A stretch of 62,860 nucleotides of DNA, counting the filler, from Trypethelium eluteriae (taxonomy: Eukaryota), in assembly GCA_051942245.1 (NCBI GenBank). It is 3 parts of 3 records of this genome, joined end to end, with 100 filler letters (N's around TTAATTAATTAA, not from the genome) between each part and the next. Parts side by side here need not be neighbours in the genome. Positions count along the whole stretch, not along the records: positions 21,000 to 41,886 come from JAVECL010000485.1; 2 more parts are not named here. One strand, written 5' to 3'. This document shows, piece by piece, positions 25,501-39,559 of this stretch (position 1 is the stretch's first letter; each line of letters opens with the position of its first letter). A program made the translations under genes and the position numbers. The notes under the pieces are model-generated. The model was not told where the DNA came from. It was given only the letters and a program-made list of their open reading frames with translations, and did no database searches.

Positions 25501-28491
25501 TGAAACCAATGCAGTAGAAGGGCAGATCGTCAATCTTGCTCTTCGCAGTATCCTTCTCGGTCTTCTCAAGCTCACCGTTGAACTGAGACGTTTCATCAGC
25601 AAGAATCTTTGTGTCTTTGACGAAACAGTCCCACTCATGTGGATGAAGCTGCTTAAGGTACTCCAAAAGAGTAACGCGAGAGTAAGGTTCATCCTCACGA
25701 ATAATTTCGCGAAGAGACATCAGGATCTTTTCGCTATAGTGAGGAATCAAGACAGTGAAAGTCGGCATGTTATCCACTGGCAGTGGCTCAGGAATTGGCG
25801 TTGACAGAGATTGAGCGAAGAACGAAATACGGCGCTCAGCCTCACTATGAGTCGGAAAGAACTCCGTTTTGAATGAATGATCTTCCTGAGAGACGAAGAA
25901 TGTCGGGGCCCGAAGTGTTCGCTTGCCTTCCTGCTCAGATGGGACCTGGTGGTATAGTAACTTCTGTACGTGATCGATCGCAAGAAGATGCTCCCTGTAC
26001 ATGGAAATGACGATGGCGTTCCAGATCTGGGAGATCAAGACTTTGGGTTTATATTTGATTTCCATGTCGGTCGTTGCAAGGACCTTGGAGTAGATACGCT
26101 TTGGCAAGCGGGAGAAGATGTTTCTCCAAGGTGTCCAGATGGAAACACCGAGATAGAAGGACCGAGCGACAGAGAAGACCGTGTTGAGAATGATGTACCA
26201 CAGATAGGTATCCAAGAAGAAGAGGATAGCATCAGTAATAAACATGAGGACTAAGAGGATCTTTGGCTGGTATTTGCAGAGATGGTCCTTGAGAATTTGA
26301 TCTCCGAGACAGGCAGGGTCTTTCATCGTCGACAAGATTCGGATGGGGTCTCGCAAAGACAAGGTGAGGAAGAAGTAGGATTCAACCAGCTTGATTGCGA
26401 AGACCATAACCCAAAGACCGTAGGACATCCACATATCGTTTCCGTGTAGGCGAGGGTAGCTAGCGGTAAAGGTCTGGCTAGCAACATAGCGACGCGAATT
26501 CTTCGTCAAGTAGCTACCAAAAAGTCCTCCAATGGGCATGATGGCGAAGTAGAAGAACGTACACAAGGCGATCAGGAATTGGACAATTCCAAGAATGTGA
26601 CCAATCCGACCTTCACCGCCAGAGACGCCGAAAATGTAGACGCTAGGTGCAGTGTTAAGGGCGAAGATCCCAAGCAGGAAGAAAAAGCGCTTCGTCAAAT
26701 GCTGAGCACCAGCCCATCGTCGGGGAACGTATGCCCATTCTGCGGCTGTAGCAAGGAGCATGATCACGGTAACGACAGTTCCACCAAGAGCAACTGCAGA
26801 CCACCGAGCGGCTGCTGGCGGTTGGTTGTCGATCTGCTGTTGATAGTTTTTGGTGTAGAGAGTCGGAGAGTTGAATGAAGTGTAGAACCAAAAAGCACCC
26901 AAGTGGATAATCCAAATACGCGTGAAGTTAACGACGACATGGAACCATGTTCGAGACTCTTTGTAAGTCTTGAAGAAGACTTTCTTCCAAGCAACATCTT
27001 TGAGCTTCTCGTATCGCTCAGCAGGAGGGACATCGACGACTCGAGACTTGTCTTCAAGCACAATGCGCTCAATGCCCTCAGGATACCAGAAAAGCTGGTT
27101 GATGTCGTCGTACCCGATAATCTTGGCATGGTCCCTCTCCTTGCGCACATATTTGCCATCAAGGATCTCATATCCCTGGTCTCGGATGTATTGGTAAATC
27201 GGTGTAATGACATTGTTGAGATAGGTGAATTCTTCAATTGGTTCAACTCGGTTTTGGCACGCTGGAGAGTTGAGGTAATCGTCTGCACACTTGAAGATGA
27301 AGCAGAGACATTCGGGCACAAACCGGACTTGGTTCGCTTCACCCCAGCATAGTAGGAAGAGCGCAATCTGTCGCACCCGGTCGTGCTGAGACATGCGATT
27401 CATTCTAGTCTTCCACCGATACTCAGCGGCTTCGAGACTGTTGTCACCTTCCATAGACTCGAGAGTGGCCTCTTCGTTTTGTCCGTTTGCCTGCGCCTTC
27501 TTGGCAGCCTTCCGAGCCTTCCGAGTCCTGCGGTTGGCTTTTCCGAGTTTCATGTTGGCGAAGCCAACAGCATCGTCAAGATCCAAGTGTGCAGCAAAGT
27601 ACCACCTTCGATAATTGGCGTTTTCTCCACCGATGTAATCGGCATGTAGTGACAACAAGGCTTGGTTGGGCGTCATGCGAGATGCCCGCGAGTCGAGAAG
27701 GGTCATAAAGTGGTCGAAGACATTTCGCATGCTGTCTCGTTGGAACCCGAATTTAGCTGTGAGGTCTAGGAAAATGTCCTCGATTTCCTCCTTGGACAAT
27801 GGGATCTGAGCGTCGGACGTCCACGCAGGGTATGGTTCCCTCGAGCGCTGGCCAGCAGGAAGTACATTCCCATAATCCATTCCATAGATTGGTGTGGAGG
27901 CACCGGAGGAGCGGTTTCCGCCATAGGAGATCTGAGAAGAAGGGGGCCGATAGCCGCGGCCTCCCATCTGACCCTCATCGTAGCTGTTGTATCTCTCATC
28001 CCCGCGGCCATAATAATCCATGTCGGCAGCGCGAGCCATGTCAGACCTCATCGTGAAATCGCTGAAGGTCTCAGAATCCTCCTCGGAATCGTGACCACGT
28101 CGTTTTGGTCGAGCACCGTAGCCACCTTGATTGTTGTTGTTGTACTGAGGATGCTGGCCAGCAGCTGGAGCACCTTGATCATAGTATTGATCGTTGTAGT
28201 AATCATCTTGGTACCCTTGGTGACTGCCATCGTAGTAGGCGCCTTCTTGCTGGTAGTGGCCTTGATGATCGTTGTAATATCCGCTGCAAACAATGATTAG
28301 TTGAGCTCTATCGTGAATGCCTTGGAAACGTACGCTTCATCATAGTAGCCATCGTGTTGTTGTTGTTGCTGTTGCTGGCCGTGATGGTACTCCTGATTTG
28401 GGTCGTAATAGCCTTGTTCATCTTGGTAGTAGGAATCGGTGTTGTGGCCATAGCCATTGTCGTAATGACCTCCCTGAGGATGTCCCGACAT
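22565..28491 (-). CDS. FKS1: 1,3-beta-glucan synthase catalytic subunit
   Basis: A 1710-aa ORF with GT48 motifs ([48 protein letters not shown]). Introns 28333-28284 and 22955-22905. Confidence 0.98.
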
Positions 28492-31473
28492 GTTGGATGG
28501 ATGGAGAGCAGACGGACTGTAGAGGAAATAAATTTAGTGGGGAGCCGCAGACAAAGGCGGACCGAGTGTAGCAGCCCGTCACCGTAGGTACAAGCTCACC
28601 TCAATAGCAGGACATTGGTTTAATTACAGATTATTAAGTGCTGTAGGAGGTCGAAACAAGGATCCGAAATCGCAACGCTGCCAAAGCCAGGTTCGCTTGA
28701 TGGTAATGAATGTGGAGTGCAGTAGGAGGTATTATTTGGTTTGCACGGCTTCTGTCAGATGTACCCAGGCGACTGGTGACAAGACAAAGCAAGGTTTCGA
28801 GACAAGACGGAAAGTCAAGCAATGCAGGACTCAGTCGATGGCCGAACGAGTGGCTGGCCAGGAGGGCGAGATATGGACAGAGCGAAAAGTGGTGCTGGTG
28901 GTTGCTAGGAGAAACGCGTGGCGCCGGGAGGAGTAGGCTGCGCCTGCCGCGAACCTAATTGGCAGTTGGATCTCGACTTCCGGACAAGTTGTCGGGCTCC
29001 CTTCAACGAGTGAACAATTGTCGTCCTCGACTGCAGCGACAGACGAGTGATGAACAATTGAAAAAGGGTGTACAAAGAAAGTCACTCTGCTGAGGGAGAA
29101 AGGGGGCTGGAATGGGAGAGGCGAGTTTTGTGTCGGCTTAGCGGCCATCCGACTTCTCCTGGCTGGTCACCGTGCAGCGGCGACTCAGGAGAGGGCCGTT
29201 GCTCTCCCGGCTCTCAACAGCAACGCTGCTGTGCCATCCTGGTCCACCCCCATCACCGATTCAGTCGTAGCGCTTCCATGGCTGAAGCAGCGAACCTGCC
29301 TCTCCTCCAATCGCCGCCAGCCGCCCGCCTCCCTTCAGACCCACCGGGATGATGGCCTTGACGCTTCCCGCCTCTGACGCCCCGGTGCCCCCCATCTCGC
29401 ATCTGCGTAACGGCCTGTTCCCGCCGCCAGAAGCCCGTCGTAAAGTCTACCTGTCAATTGCACAAATCTTTCACCTCCCACGGAGTATTGCCTGCAGCAC
29501 TGCGGTTCACGGCGGGTATTCAAAGTTCTCCAAAACAAGCGTTGCTGACAGGTCGTCTAAAGCGTCAAGCAAAAGGGGGATCCTGGCTTCCACTGTAGGC
29601 CATGTTCGCCCCCTGGGCCCTGAAGCCCATCCTCTGACCCAGTTTCTAGGGACAATTTGACTGGTCTCCACATGGGATATTCCTGCAATTCCTGCAGCTT
29701 TTACAGTGCCCAGCTATTTTCGACTCTTGTGGCAGAGAGGTTGGGCTAACTAGTTCTATTCGGGGTCACCACCCTCATTCACGTAACCAACAAGCGCACG
29801 CCGCTGCTATGCAGATCCTATGATTCCCCAGGTCGGGTCAGACGCCAATGGGTATTTTGCCACAGAGTGACGAAGCATCTGCTCATCGCAGTAGAATCGT
29901 CTATACACTAAGCTTGTAGGTAACTCTTTACGACACGACGCGCCCGTGCATGTCGAGCCGGATTGGTAATGATATCCAAGCTGCAGCTGCAGTGGAAGTC
30001 AACCTGCTCTTGCATTAGGTTTCGGTAGATGATCAATGGTACGTACTGCCGGGAACATCGATATCTATGCTTCAGTCGTGGCTAGCAGAGTCATTTCGGC
30101 AAGATTGCTATCGATTAACCAAGCATAGAATCACTTCGCTGCATGCCGACCATCAAAAGCCGTTTCTCATAGCGGTAGATCTGTCGATAAGCCTTAGGAT
30201 ATCGGTCGATAAGCTCTCAGGGGGATTCAGCGGAAGAACGAGAGCAAGTGCTCAATTTCCGCTTTTCGGGGCAAGCTCTAGCTGCATGGGTTTTGATTGG
30301 TCCTTTGTCCCAGTCGAAACCTGAGTTTGGGTGGCGAAACCCCTGACACAAAGCCGAGGGGCCGGGTGCCGGCTGGTTTGCAAGGTTTCAGCACCAATGC
30401 AACACATAGAAAGGGGCTGTATCACACAAATCTACAAGAAGCTAAGAGGTACAGAAAGTTCATGATGAGATAGAGAGATCTGATTTGGAGAAGCTCTAAC
30501 TTTTTCGCGACAATAGGTGGACATATCACCATATGTCAAAAATCTACCCCGTATCTTGTCCGTCCTCAAACGGAGACTGACGTGAGCACCCGGCGACGCT
30601 AGCTTCTTAGGACATTTGGACTTGAGAGGCCTGTCGGCTGCGCCTCAACCCCCCATGTTGATCCAAATTATCATGACGAGGGGACGGGGGTGAGCGATCA
30701 CCTTGTGTTATTTTGGTCGAAAGGGAAGCGTTCGCTTTCACACTGTTTCATGTCGCGCCTGAGTTGGTGTGCTGCCCCAGCTTCTGGTGCTTTTTCCAGC
30801 GTTCAACACAAGACCTGGGATGTTCATGGCAGTGAAAATGAGAGATGCGTCATAGCAGACACAACTTCAAAGCTGTATATCCAATAGCTCGTAAAGTTCT
30901 GGTGGAAACGCTGCATGGAAGCATCGCAAACAACCAGGGGTATTTAGTTGCGTCAATGAGTGTCTGCGATTCGCCTCCTGGAGCAATGAGAGACAACAAA
31001 TGGTGAAATGAAGCACCGCCCTCCCGCGTTTCCCGGCCAGCTCGGGGAGTACGCGTCCTCCTCGCTTGCATCGATTGGCGTCATCCACAAGTTTCCGTAT
31101 TCGGAATCGCTCCTGCTGCCGCCCTTCATTTCTCGGCCCTCTGCCTTCTCGTGTGTTCCTCTCCTGACGAGCCTCAAGGAAGCTTGCATGACTTTCTTCG
31201 GCCCGAGTGCCTTTACCAAATCAACGACGTGAACATTCATTCACTTCGGTTGCTTGCTTCCTTCTGTCTTCGTCAACACCACGACGGCCTTTCTCTGCAC
31301 TCATTGACCAGCCGCTGCCGACGGCATCACTTTCGTTGCGAGGCAGCATACCCCCTTTTTTGCTGAACCTCCTGCACCCAATAATCCCCGGCTTCACCAT
31401 CGCCTATCCGTTTTAATTGACAGCCAATTCCATCATCCATCTGTAAAGGCTCAACCTTGGCATAACGTTCAAG

Positions 31474-33325
31474 ATGCGCGGGTTCGGCTTTGCGTCCACC
31501 GTCCTTGCGACGGCCAGCTTCTTTACGTCTTCCGTCCTGGCCCAGTCAGGCTCGGTGGATCCTCTTGTTATCAAGGTCGATCCGCTTTTGTATTGGTGAC
31601 GATTTCATCGCTCATTTTCTGTAGGGTTCCAAATTCTTTTACAAGACCAACGGAACTCAATTGTAAGAAGCAAATCTCCCTGCCACTCCATACCTTTGTT
31701 GCTAATATCGGCGTAGTTTTATCCGAGGAGTTGCCTATCAACGTACGACCATCTCCAGCTACGTTTAGTACTCCCTACTAATTGATATCTCAGAGGATGC
31801 TGGTGGCAATGGAACAGTTTCCACAGGCGGTTCCAACTCATACACCGACCCTCTTGCCGATGCAACAGCGTGTGCGCGAGATATACCCTACCTCACGCAA
31901 CTCATGACCAATGTCATCCGTGTATACGCCATTGATCCCACCAAGGACCACTCCGAGTGCATGAGCATGCTTGCAAACGCCGGTATCTACGTCATTTCAG
32001 ATTTGTCTTCTCCGGGACAATCCATCAATAGCGATGCACCTGCATGGAACGACGACCTCTACAACCGTTACACCAGCGTCGTCGACGCTCTGCAGAACTA
32101 CACTAACGTCATGGGTTTCTTTGCTGGCAATGAGGTATCCAATGCGCCAAATAACACCGCCGCAAGCGCGTTTGTAAAAGCTGCTGTCCGTGACATTAAG
32201 GGTTATATTGCGCAGAAGAAATACCGCACCATTGGAGTTGGCTATGCTACAGCTGATGTTTCTCAAATCCGTGTTCAGCTCGCTGATTATCTCAACTGTG
32301 GCGACCAGTCTACTTCCATTGATTTCTGGGGTTACAACATTTACTCTTGGTGCGGCGATTCCACCTACGAAACCTCGGGTTACCAAGCTCGAACTCAAGA
32401 ATTTTCGAATTACTCGGTCCCGTCCTTCTTTGCGGAATATGGTTGCAACACCCAGGGCACCCGTACTTTCCAGGAAGTTGGTACTCTCTATGGCAAAGAC
32501 ATGTCCCAGGTCTTCTCCGGTGGTATCGTCTACATGTATTTCCAAGAAACAAACAACTACGGTACGTATCAGGAGTACCACGTCAACGGAAGCAAAATTG
32601 CTAATGCTTTCATAGGTCTAGTCTCTGTGGACGGCACCTCGACCCCATCAAAGATGCCAGATTTTACCAATCTGCAGACTGCCCTCGCTAAAGTCTCGCC
32701 CAGTTCCGTCGAGTCAAACTCGTACAACCCTACTAATACTGCTCTCCAAGCTTGCCCTACCTTGGATTCCAACTGGGACGCACCCGCATCGCCTCTCCCT
32801 CCAGTGCCAAATGAGGATCTTTGCAGCTGTATGCAACAAAGTTTGAGCTGTGTCATCAAGTCTTCCGTATCCACCGACGACTACCAAGATCTGTTCAGCT
32901 ACATTTGTGGACAGGATAAGAACGCCTGTGCAGGTATCAATACCAACGGGACATTGAATCCTGACAAGCCTAGTTACGGAGCCTATGCCATGTGCAATTC
33001 AACGCAGCAGCTCAACTGGGCCATCAACCAGTACGCCTCGTCCCAAAAAAGCAACTCGAATGCTTGTGACTTCAGTGGCTCCGCTTCAAGTCAACAGGCC
33101 GTTGCCACGCCGTCGGGTAGTTGCTCGGCTCTTCTCCAACAAGCTGCTTCCGGGACTGGAACTGTCACCAGTTCCCCTACCTCTGGCGGTGGCAGCAGCA
33201 GTTCGACTAGCTCAGGAGCTGCTAGTGCAATGGTGAACGTCCCGAACTTCAACTTCGGTTTGTTGAACTTGAGCATTTACATTGCATTTGCTGCTATTAG
33301 CGGGGCTGCCATGATTCTACTATGA
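31474..33325 (+). CDS. 1,3-beta-glucanosyltransferase GH72 with X8/CBM43 domain, GPI-anchored (Gel/Gas)
   Basis: Signal peptide MRGFGFASTVLATASF, short 5' exons, FFAGNEV and FFAEYGCN catalytic motifs, Cys-rich X8 domain, Ser-rich tail and hydrophobic GPI signal. Confidence 0.95.
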
Positions 33326-34041
33326 TTGCTTGAGGTGTGTTGATGAGCGTTTGTGGGGTTTAATCTGGCGTGATAGATGCACATTCATTTGGTTGGATTC
33401 GGAAAATTCAGTCAACCAGGAATGATTATATCAGCCGTCGTTCTCTGTCTTGAGCATCTTCGAAATTCTGTTTTGACAACGGTCCTTCGAACTTAGCATG
33501 GGAAGGCAATGTACAAAATGTAGAGTGTCATGCTAATCTCACTCTTTGGCGTCTTTGTAGTACTAATGTCATCATGCATTTCCATTGGTCAATTGTCTCT
33601 ATTGTACTTACATGTTCACATCGGTTTCATGACGCATTGGAGCTTCGCCATTGTCAAGGATTAGGCCGAACACCGATTGACTGATGTTCCTACGCCTACA
33701 GATCCGAGAGTACTGAGCGAAATTTTTACAATACATTGGCTTTATATCAGGGGTATTCTGTGGAAGCAGTGGGAAACGGGGGATCGAAACCTGCATCTAC
33801 TCCGGATTAATGAGGAGCCAGCACCTTCTAAGGTTAATTAACCATGGTCTACATTCCATTAGAACTATGTCGCGTTGTTTTTCATTCCTCGCTAAGTGCT
33901 GCTGACGACTGGGAAGCACAATGATGCTTGGCAAGTGATACACTTTCTATTCCGCGTTCGCACATACCCAGTGACGGTAAGAAAGTGAATTAGTTGGAGC
34001 TGCATTGAATCAAGTCACTCCTTTAACAGCAGAAATCAGTC

Positions 34042-37000
34042 ATGTTCTCTATCAAGGTTCTCTGCATTTGCTTTTGTCTATTACGGCATTTTTCTTTCAC
34101 GTCAGCATCTATAATCACAGTCAGTGTACCAAGATACCGTTGTCCAGCAGGTTCCTCGTCGAATTCATCCCTGAGTTTGGCTCCAAAAACTACCACCATT
34201 GTGTCCACAGCCGTCGTCAGCCCAACACCGGATGCAGACTACGCATTGAATAACGGCGAGAACTTTGTAATTGGAGTCGTGCCCAAAGTTTCATCTAGCT
34301 CGTGGAAACGTCAACAGTTCTCACAATCTTGGATAATGGAGAACGGAAATACAACAATGGATCCATCAGTGGCCGCTCAATTCCAAATTCTCGGTGGTAA
34401 GCTCTATGGTGCCAATGGGACTTTGTCAACAGATAACGGAGTCCGGACCATGCCCTTCGTGATACAATCTAAACCAAGTGCCATAAACATGACATTCGCC
34501 GTACAAAACGGGGAATTAACCTGGACAAATCCCGATTTTACCGAAAACATAGCGCAATTCTACAAGACACCTTTAGGCCTACTCAAGAGGGCATTGATCC
34601 TGATCAAATTCATTGGACCGATGGCTCCTCAGCGCGGTTGGGGTCCCATAAGTCTGGTGGCTCAGCCTTGTAAGTGTACACCGTTTTAGATATCCACAAA
34701 GTTACATTCCAGACGATGGAACTGATTTTGAGCAAAGTATCGGATCTAAACCTTTCTCTTGGATTCAGCTCATCTACTCCTGATGCAGTCACTACATCTG
34801 TAGGCTTCCTCATCTCAAACATCATCAATTCCTTTGCCGAAACCGCGTCTCTAGGCACATTGTTCGATCAGCCAACGAGCTCGTCAAATTCACAGGATAC
34901 GTCCTCGAGCCCTGTAATGACACCGTCTCCCTCACAGGTGTTTGCCTCCACCTTTGCGAATGGGTTGACAGGCATAGAGCCGGTTCAACAGAACACTCAG
35001 CTCGGGTCCACAAATACAGCGGCGGGCCTTGTCAGTTCTACGACAACTCAGTCGAGTCTGATAATAACACCTTCATCCATACCTTCCTCAACTTCTGTCG
35101 TTGGCCCATCTCCCACGGCTTTTCCATCGGTCACGACACTAGAAACGTCATTGAGCTCGTTGACGTCTCCCGCAATAATCAGTAGCACGCTGTCTGCATT
35201 GACACCAGTAGTATCAGGTGTCTCTAGCTTGGCTCTGTCCTCGATGCTTTCCATGACATACCTCTCGTCTGTTATCAGTTCTACACTTTTGTCTTCTAGT
35301 CTTCCGAGTTCCAGCGTGACCTTTCCTTTGCTGAGTCCTCTAACATCCACGATTACAAGTACAGCTATCAGCTCGTTCACATATTTTGGTTCTAGTAGTC
35401 TACTTGCTCCCTCGGGCTTTCAATTTACCCAATCTCCAAGCTCTACTCTCATTTCAGCTTCATCGTCTTCTGTCCTTGCAAGCATTCAACCAAGCTTCTC
35501 TTCAATGGCCCTTCCATCCTCCTCCACTTCATCACCTTCCTTGCCTTCATCTATGGCTTTGTCTCTTCCCCCAACTGTGATCTCAACAGCACTAAAACTT
35601 TCTTCGACCCTGAAACCCTCGCTCATCTTTTCATCTACAACATCGCCATCGTCTACCAGCTTCTCCCTTCAATCCTCAAGTCGAACATCAAGCACATCTG
35701 CAACGGCTACGGGTCCAACGACCGTGCCGACCATCATGCTAAGCGATGGCACTTACTCTTTCCAAGGTTGTTATAATGATCTACCGTCTTATCGAGATCT
35801 TCGAAACGACAACAATGTAGGCACACTTAATGTTACCGGTGGCATGACTGTCGAGAAATGTGCCGCGGTCTGTGCCTCACCTGCCAACGGAGGACCCTAT
35901 CTATATATGGGTGTCGATTACGGCCGTGAGTGCTACTGTTCTATGGGACTCTACGCAGATATATACGGTACATCAGGATACCCCATTGGCATAGGGAACT
36001 GTACAGATCCGACCTATGCATGCGCGGGCGATAAGACTGAATTCTGCGGAGGATATGGAACTCAGAACTTGTACAAATTCGCTCCTAGTCCAGTAGTCAC
36101 TGCACCCACAGCAAGCGCTTCGATCTTGACGTCGTCAGCTATATCATCGAGCTTTATGTTTACGGCTTCATCTACAGTGTCGTCCCCCTCGCCCACCTCA
36201 TCAATCAACATAGCCTTGAGCGCATCTTCTACCTACCAAGTCACTCGCGTCACAGAATCAGGAACCAGCGCTACCACGACTGGCGCAATCTATGCCTCTA
36301 CTCCATTAGCCGCGATCAATTCATCCTCTGTCTCGTCAACCATGCCCATCTTCCTCCCCTCACCAACCGTCTGCTTGGATTCCTCTACAAGCGCCTCCAC
36401 CAATGACGATGACGACTACTGCGAAATTGATCTCCCCTTCCCTATGACCCTTTTCGGTCACTCTTCGACGCAGACCTTCCCTTCCACAAACGGAGTGCGC
36501 CTCCCCTTCTTCTCTTCTTTCCGCTCTCTACCCTTTCTCTTCCACTGACTGAGCATGTTCCTGACGCGTAGCAGATCCTTGCCCTCGACCACGGCAGCGT
36601 CCAGTACTACCAGAGGTCATTGCCCGCCTCCTCCATCCCTGCCTACTCCGCCTGTCCGTTCTGGGATGATCTGTACCTTTACGGTGGGACAAATGAGGGA
36701 ATCTATTATCAGCTTGACAGCACGAATAGCAGCATCACATACGAGTATTTACTCTCTCAGGCAGGGGTGCTGGGGGATATGTACCATTTCCTGGTACGAT
36801 ATCAGGCAGCGCAGCCCGAGATAGTGGAATTTATCTATTTGGAGGTGGGGACGCTAAGCGGGAAGGCTGTTGTCGGGGCTCAAGGAGGTGCGTAAAATGC
36901 TGCTCTTTTCCTCTCCTTTCTGGAATTGCAAGGTGCATTAAGGTGCTAACACCTGATGCGTATTTTCCATGTAGGCACGCAAGCATTCCAGTATTCGCCA

Positions 37001-37081
37001 GCGCTATACAGCGGACAGCAGCTAACATGCAATACGACTGCGCTGACGTGTACGTCGAGCAACTTCACAAGCTGGCATTGA
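34042..37081 (+). CDS. Secreted Ser/Thr-rich WSC-domain protein with additional N- and C-terminal globular domains
   Basis: Signal peptide; long S/T tract; WSC motif YSFQGCYND..MTVEKCAAVC..YMGVDYGRECYC..CAGDKTEFCGG; C-terminal exons at about 36574-36887 and 36975-37081. The first intron acceptor is ambiguous. Confidence 0.75.
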
Positions 37082-37612
37082 TTATGATATGAGGTTATAT
37101 GCCCGAGCTATCACAGTTCAATGATCTTCAATGTAGGGGATGTTGTTTATCGGTAGTCTTGGACACGACGTCGTAAATGTTTAAATCATGTATGTTCGTT
37201 GCTTGCTCGCTATCTTTACCTTTCGGAGACGAAATCATGTGGTACCTACATTTGACGCATCACTAGAGGGGGATAGGAAATATCGGCCAACTACACTCGA
37301 AGCTTGAGGAAACTGTTGAGCGCCTTCCAGCTCTGTTTATTTACAGACGCATATTCGGTGGCCATGATCAAGCACTCCTTGATGGATCAATGAGTCCACT
37401 AGATGTTATTTGATCCGCCTTCTAGTCATTTCCAACAAGATTATCAGTTTCGTAAACCACGTAGATGTGGTATCGAGTGCTTGCACTATCTCATGGAATC
37501 GCGCCAGCGATTCGACAATATGCCCAGCCGTATAGACCAAGCTTCAAAAACCATAATCTCGAGTCGTTGGCCAAGCGATAGCAGCGTATAGAAAGTGGCA
37601 TCCTGATCGTCT

Positions 37613-39006
37613 TCAACGCCGTCCTTGCCACAGCCCATGCTGAGTCTCTTGAATCCTCCTCGCCTGCTCCCGTATCATCTCATCCGTTTGGCCCTTCGCA
37701 TTCCCCCTACTATCCATCGTATGATGTAATCCCGACGACCCATTCCCCACCCCACCATTATTTCCATTTCCGTTCCCATTCCGTCCCATACCAGCAATAC
37801 CACTATCAACCCCACCACCACCACCCCCAGCCTCCAACGCCGCCGCACCCCCCTTCGGCGCATTACTCAACGCGCCATCCATCATGGCAGCCGCGCCTCC
37901 CGCGCGCAACTGATTGATAGCGCGAATGGTGTCGATCGCCGCATGCAGCGTCCTCCGGGCATTGAAGTTCTTCTTCACCGTCGGCAGCAGGTCCTGGCCG
38001 TCTTCCTGGGCGGGGCCCGCGACCCAGGGGTGCGAGAGGGCTTGGTGCGCCGTCATGCGGGCGCGCGGGTCGATCGTCAGGCACTGCTTGATGAATTCGC
38101 GCGCCGTCAGCGAGACGCCGCGCCAGTATTCTAGCGGCGTGAAGGAGTAGTCGGCGATGAGGATGGCTTGCATCTCTTCGAGGTTCGAGTCCCGGTCGAA
38201 GGGGGTGTAGCCGCAGAGGAGGAAGTAGGTTATGACGCCGATGGCCCACACGTCACTATTGGAGGGGAGGTGGTTAGGGAGGTTGGAGGAGGAAGGGCAG
38301 TGAGGGTGGGGAGAATGGATGGGGTTGCGTACACTGGTTTTCCGTGGCCGCTCTTTTTGAAGATTTCAGGAGCCATGTAGCCCGGTGTTCCGCAGGTTGT
38401 TGTGAGGACGTGGAATTGCTCCTCGTCCATGATTCGCGATAGGCCAAAATCTGCGATGAGTAGATCGGCATTGTCTTCCGGAGTTCGAAAGAGTAGATTC
38501 TCGGGTTTGAGATCGCGGTGTACTATGCCGTGGTCATGAAGATATGCGACGGCAGAGAGAGTTGCGCGTATGAGGTCTGCAGCGTCGGATTCGTAGTAAC
38601 TGCCTTTTCTGCAGATGCGATCGAATAATTCCCCTCCCAGTGCCAGGTCGGTGACAAGATACACTTTGTCGCGGAGATCAGCTCATACTCATACTCGAGA
38701 TTTCCATCTGCGGAGGGACTGACGGTTGTTCATGGTTTCGAAGTAGTCCACGAGTGTAAGAATATTCTGGTGACCCATTGATACTCTCTTTAGCACGGCA
38801 ATTTCATTGCGAACCATGTGCTCTCGCCCTGCCATTAATCGCTTGTTGATGACCTTTGCGGCATAATACCTTCCTGTGTCTATGTGAACGCATTCTTTGA
38901 CAACCGAGTATGAACCAGCGCCCAGTGTCTTCCCAGTCTTGTACCGACATGGCTGGATGGAGGTTTGCTGAGGCATGCCATCCTGCTGCATCTGTGAAGC
39001 AGCCAT
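37613..39006 (-). CDS. cmkB: Ca2+/calmodulin-dependent protein kinase, CmkB/Cmk1 type
   Basis: QPCRYKTGKTLGAGSYSVVKEC, HRDLKPENLLF, DFGLSR, TTCGTPGYMAPE, and CaM-binding KKNFNARRTLHAAIDTIRAINQL. Two introns. Confidence 0.92.
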
Positions 39007-39559
39007 GGTGCCTCGAGAAGCGGGAAAGGTTGGTCGAAGAGGTTCGCAGTCGCCGGAGGCAGTTAAGTCGTTTGCCTGGAGGGGCCGGGAAAGGCAGTGT
39101 TGAAGCTGTACGGCCTTACTCCATACTGCTAATGGTGGAAGTGTCGCGCCGGGAGCTAAAATGCGCGCTTCTATCACTGGTCGTGTATTTTAACTCGAAA
39201 GAGACTTGTTGATATGCAGAGCTTAGAAGATAGTACCGAGTACTGAGTGACGCAGAGCTGACATGTTTGATTTAGATTGCATGCACGGGTATGCTGGCAG
39301 GCTAAAGGTGGGGAGCGGATCCCGGGCGAGTCAGGAGGGGCGAAATTAATCCAATTCTTTCATTGGCAAAGTTTCTCTCTATTAGTGCGTTTCGCATCGT
39401 AGCGCGAGACGCTGACAATGAAATCTATCCATGGCTTCCTGCGTTATGTCTGGTCGCCGATTCCATTCCAATCGTAGATGCATCAACAAACCTGATTTTG
39501 ACGGTCTCCGACTGCCTTGCCTAAGTGATAGTGACACAAGAACACCGATTCTAACAACA

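Noticed and set aside
30503..30646. SCB-like (CGCGAAA) and Crz1-like (GAGGCGCA) motifs in the FKS1-GEL intergenic region
   Set aside because: Biologically plausible, but these short motifs also occur elsewhere in the window (for example near 5091 and 20464). Not supportable without conservation data.
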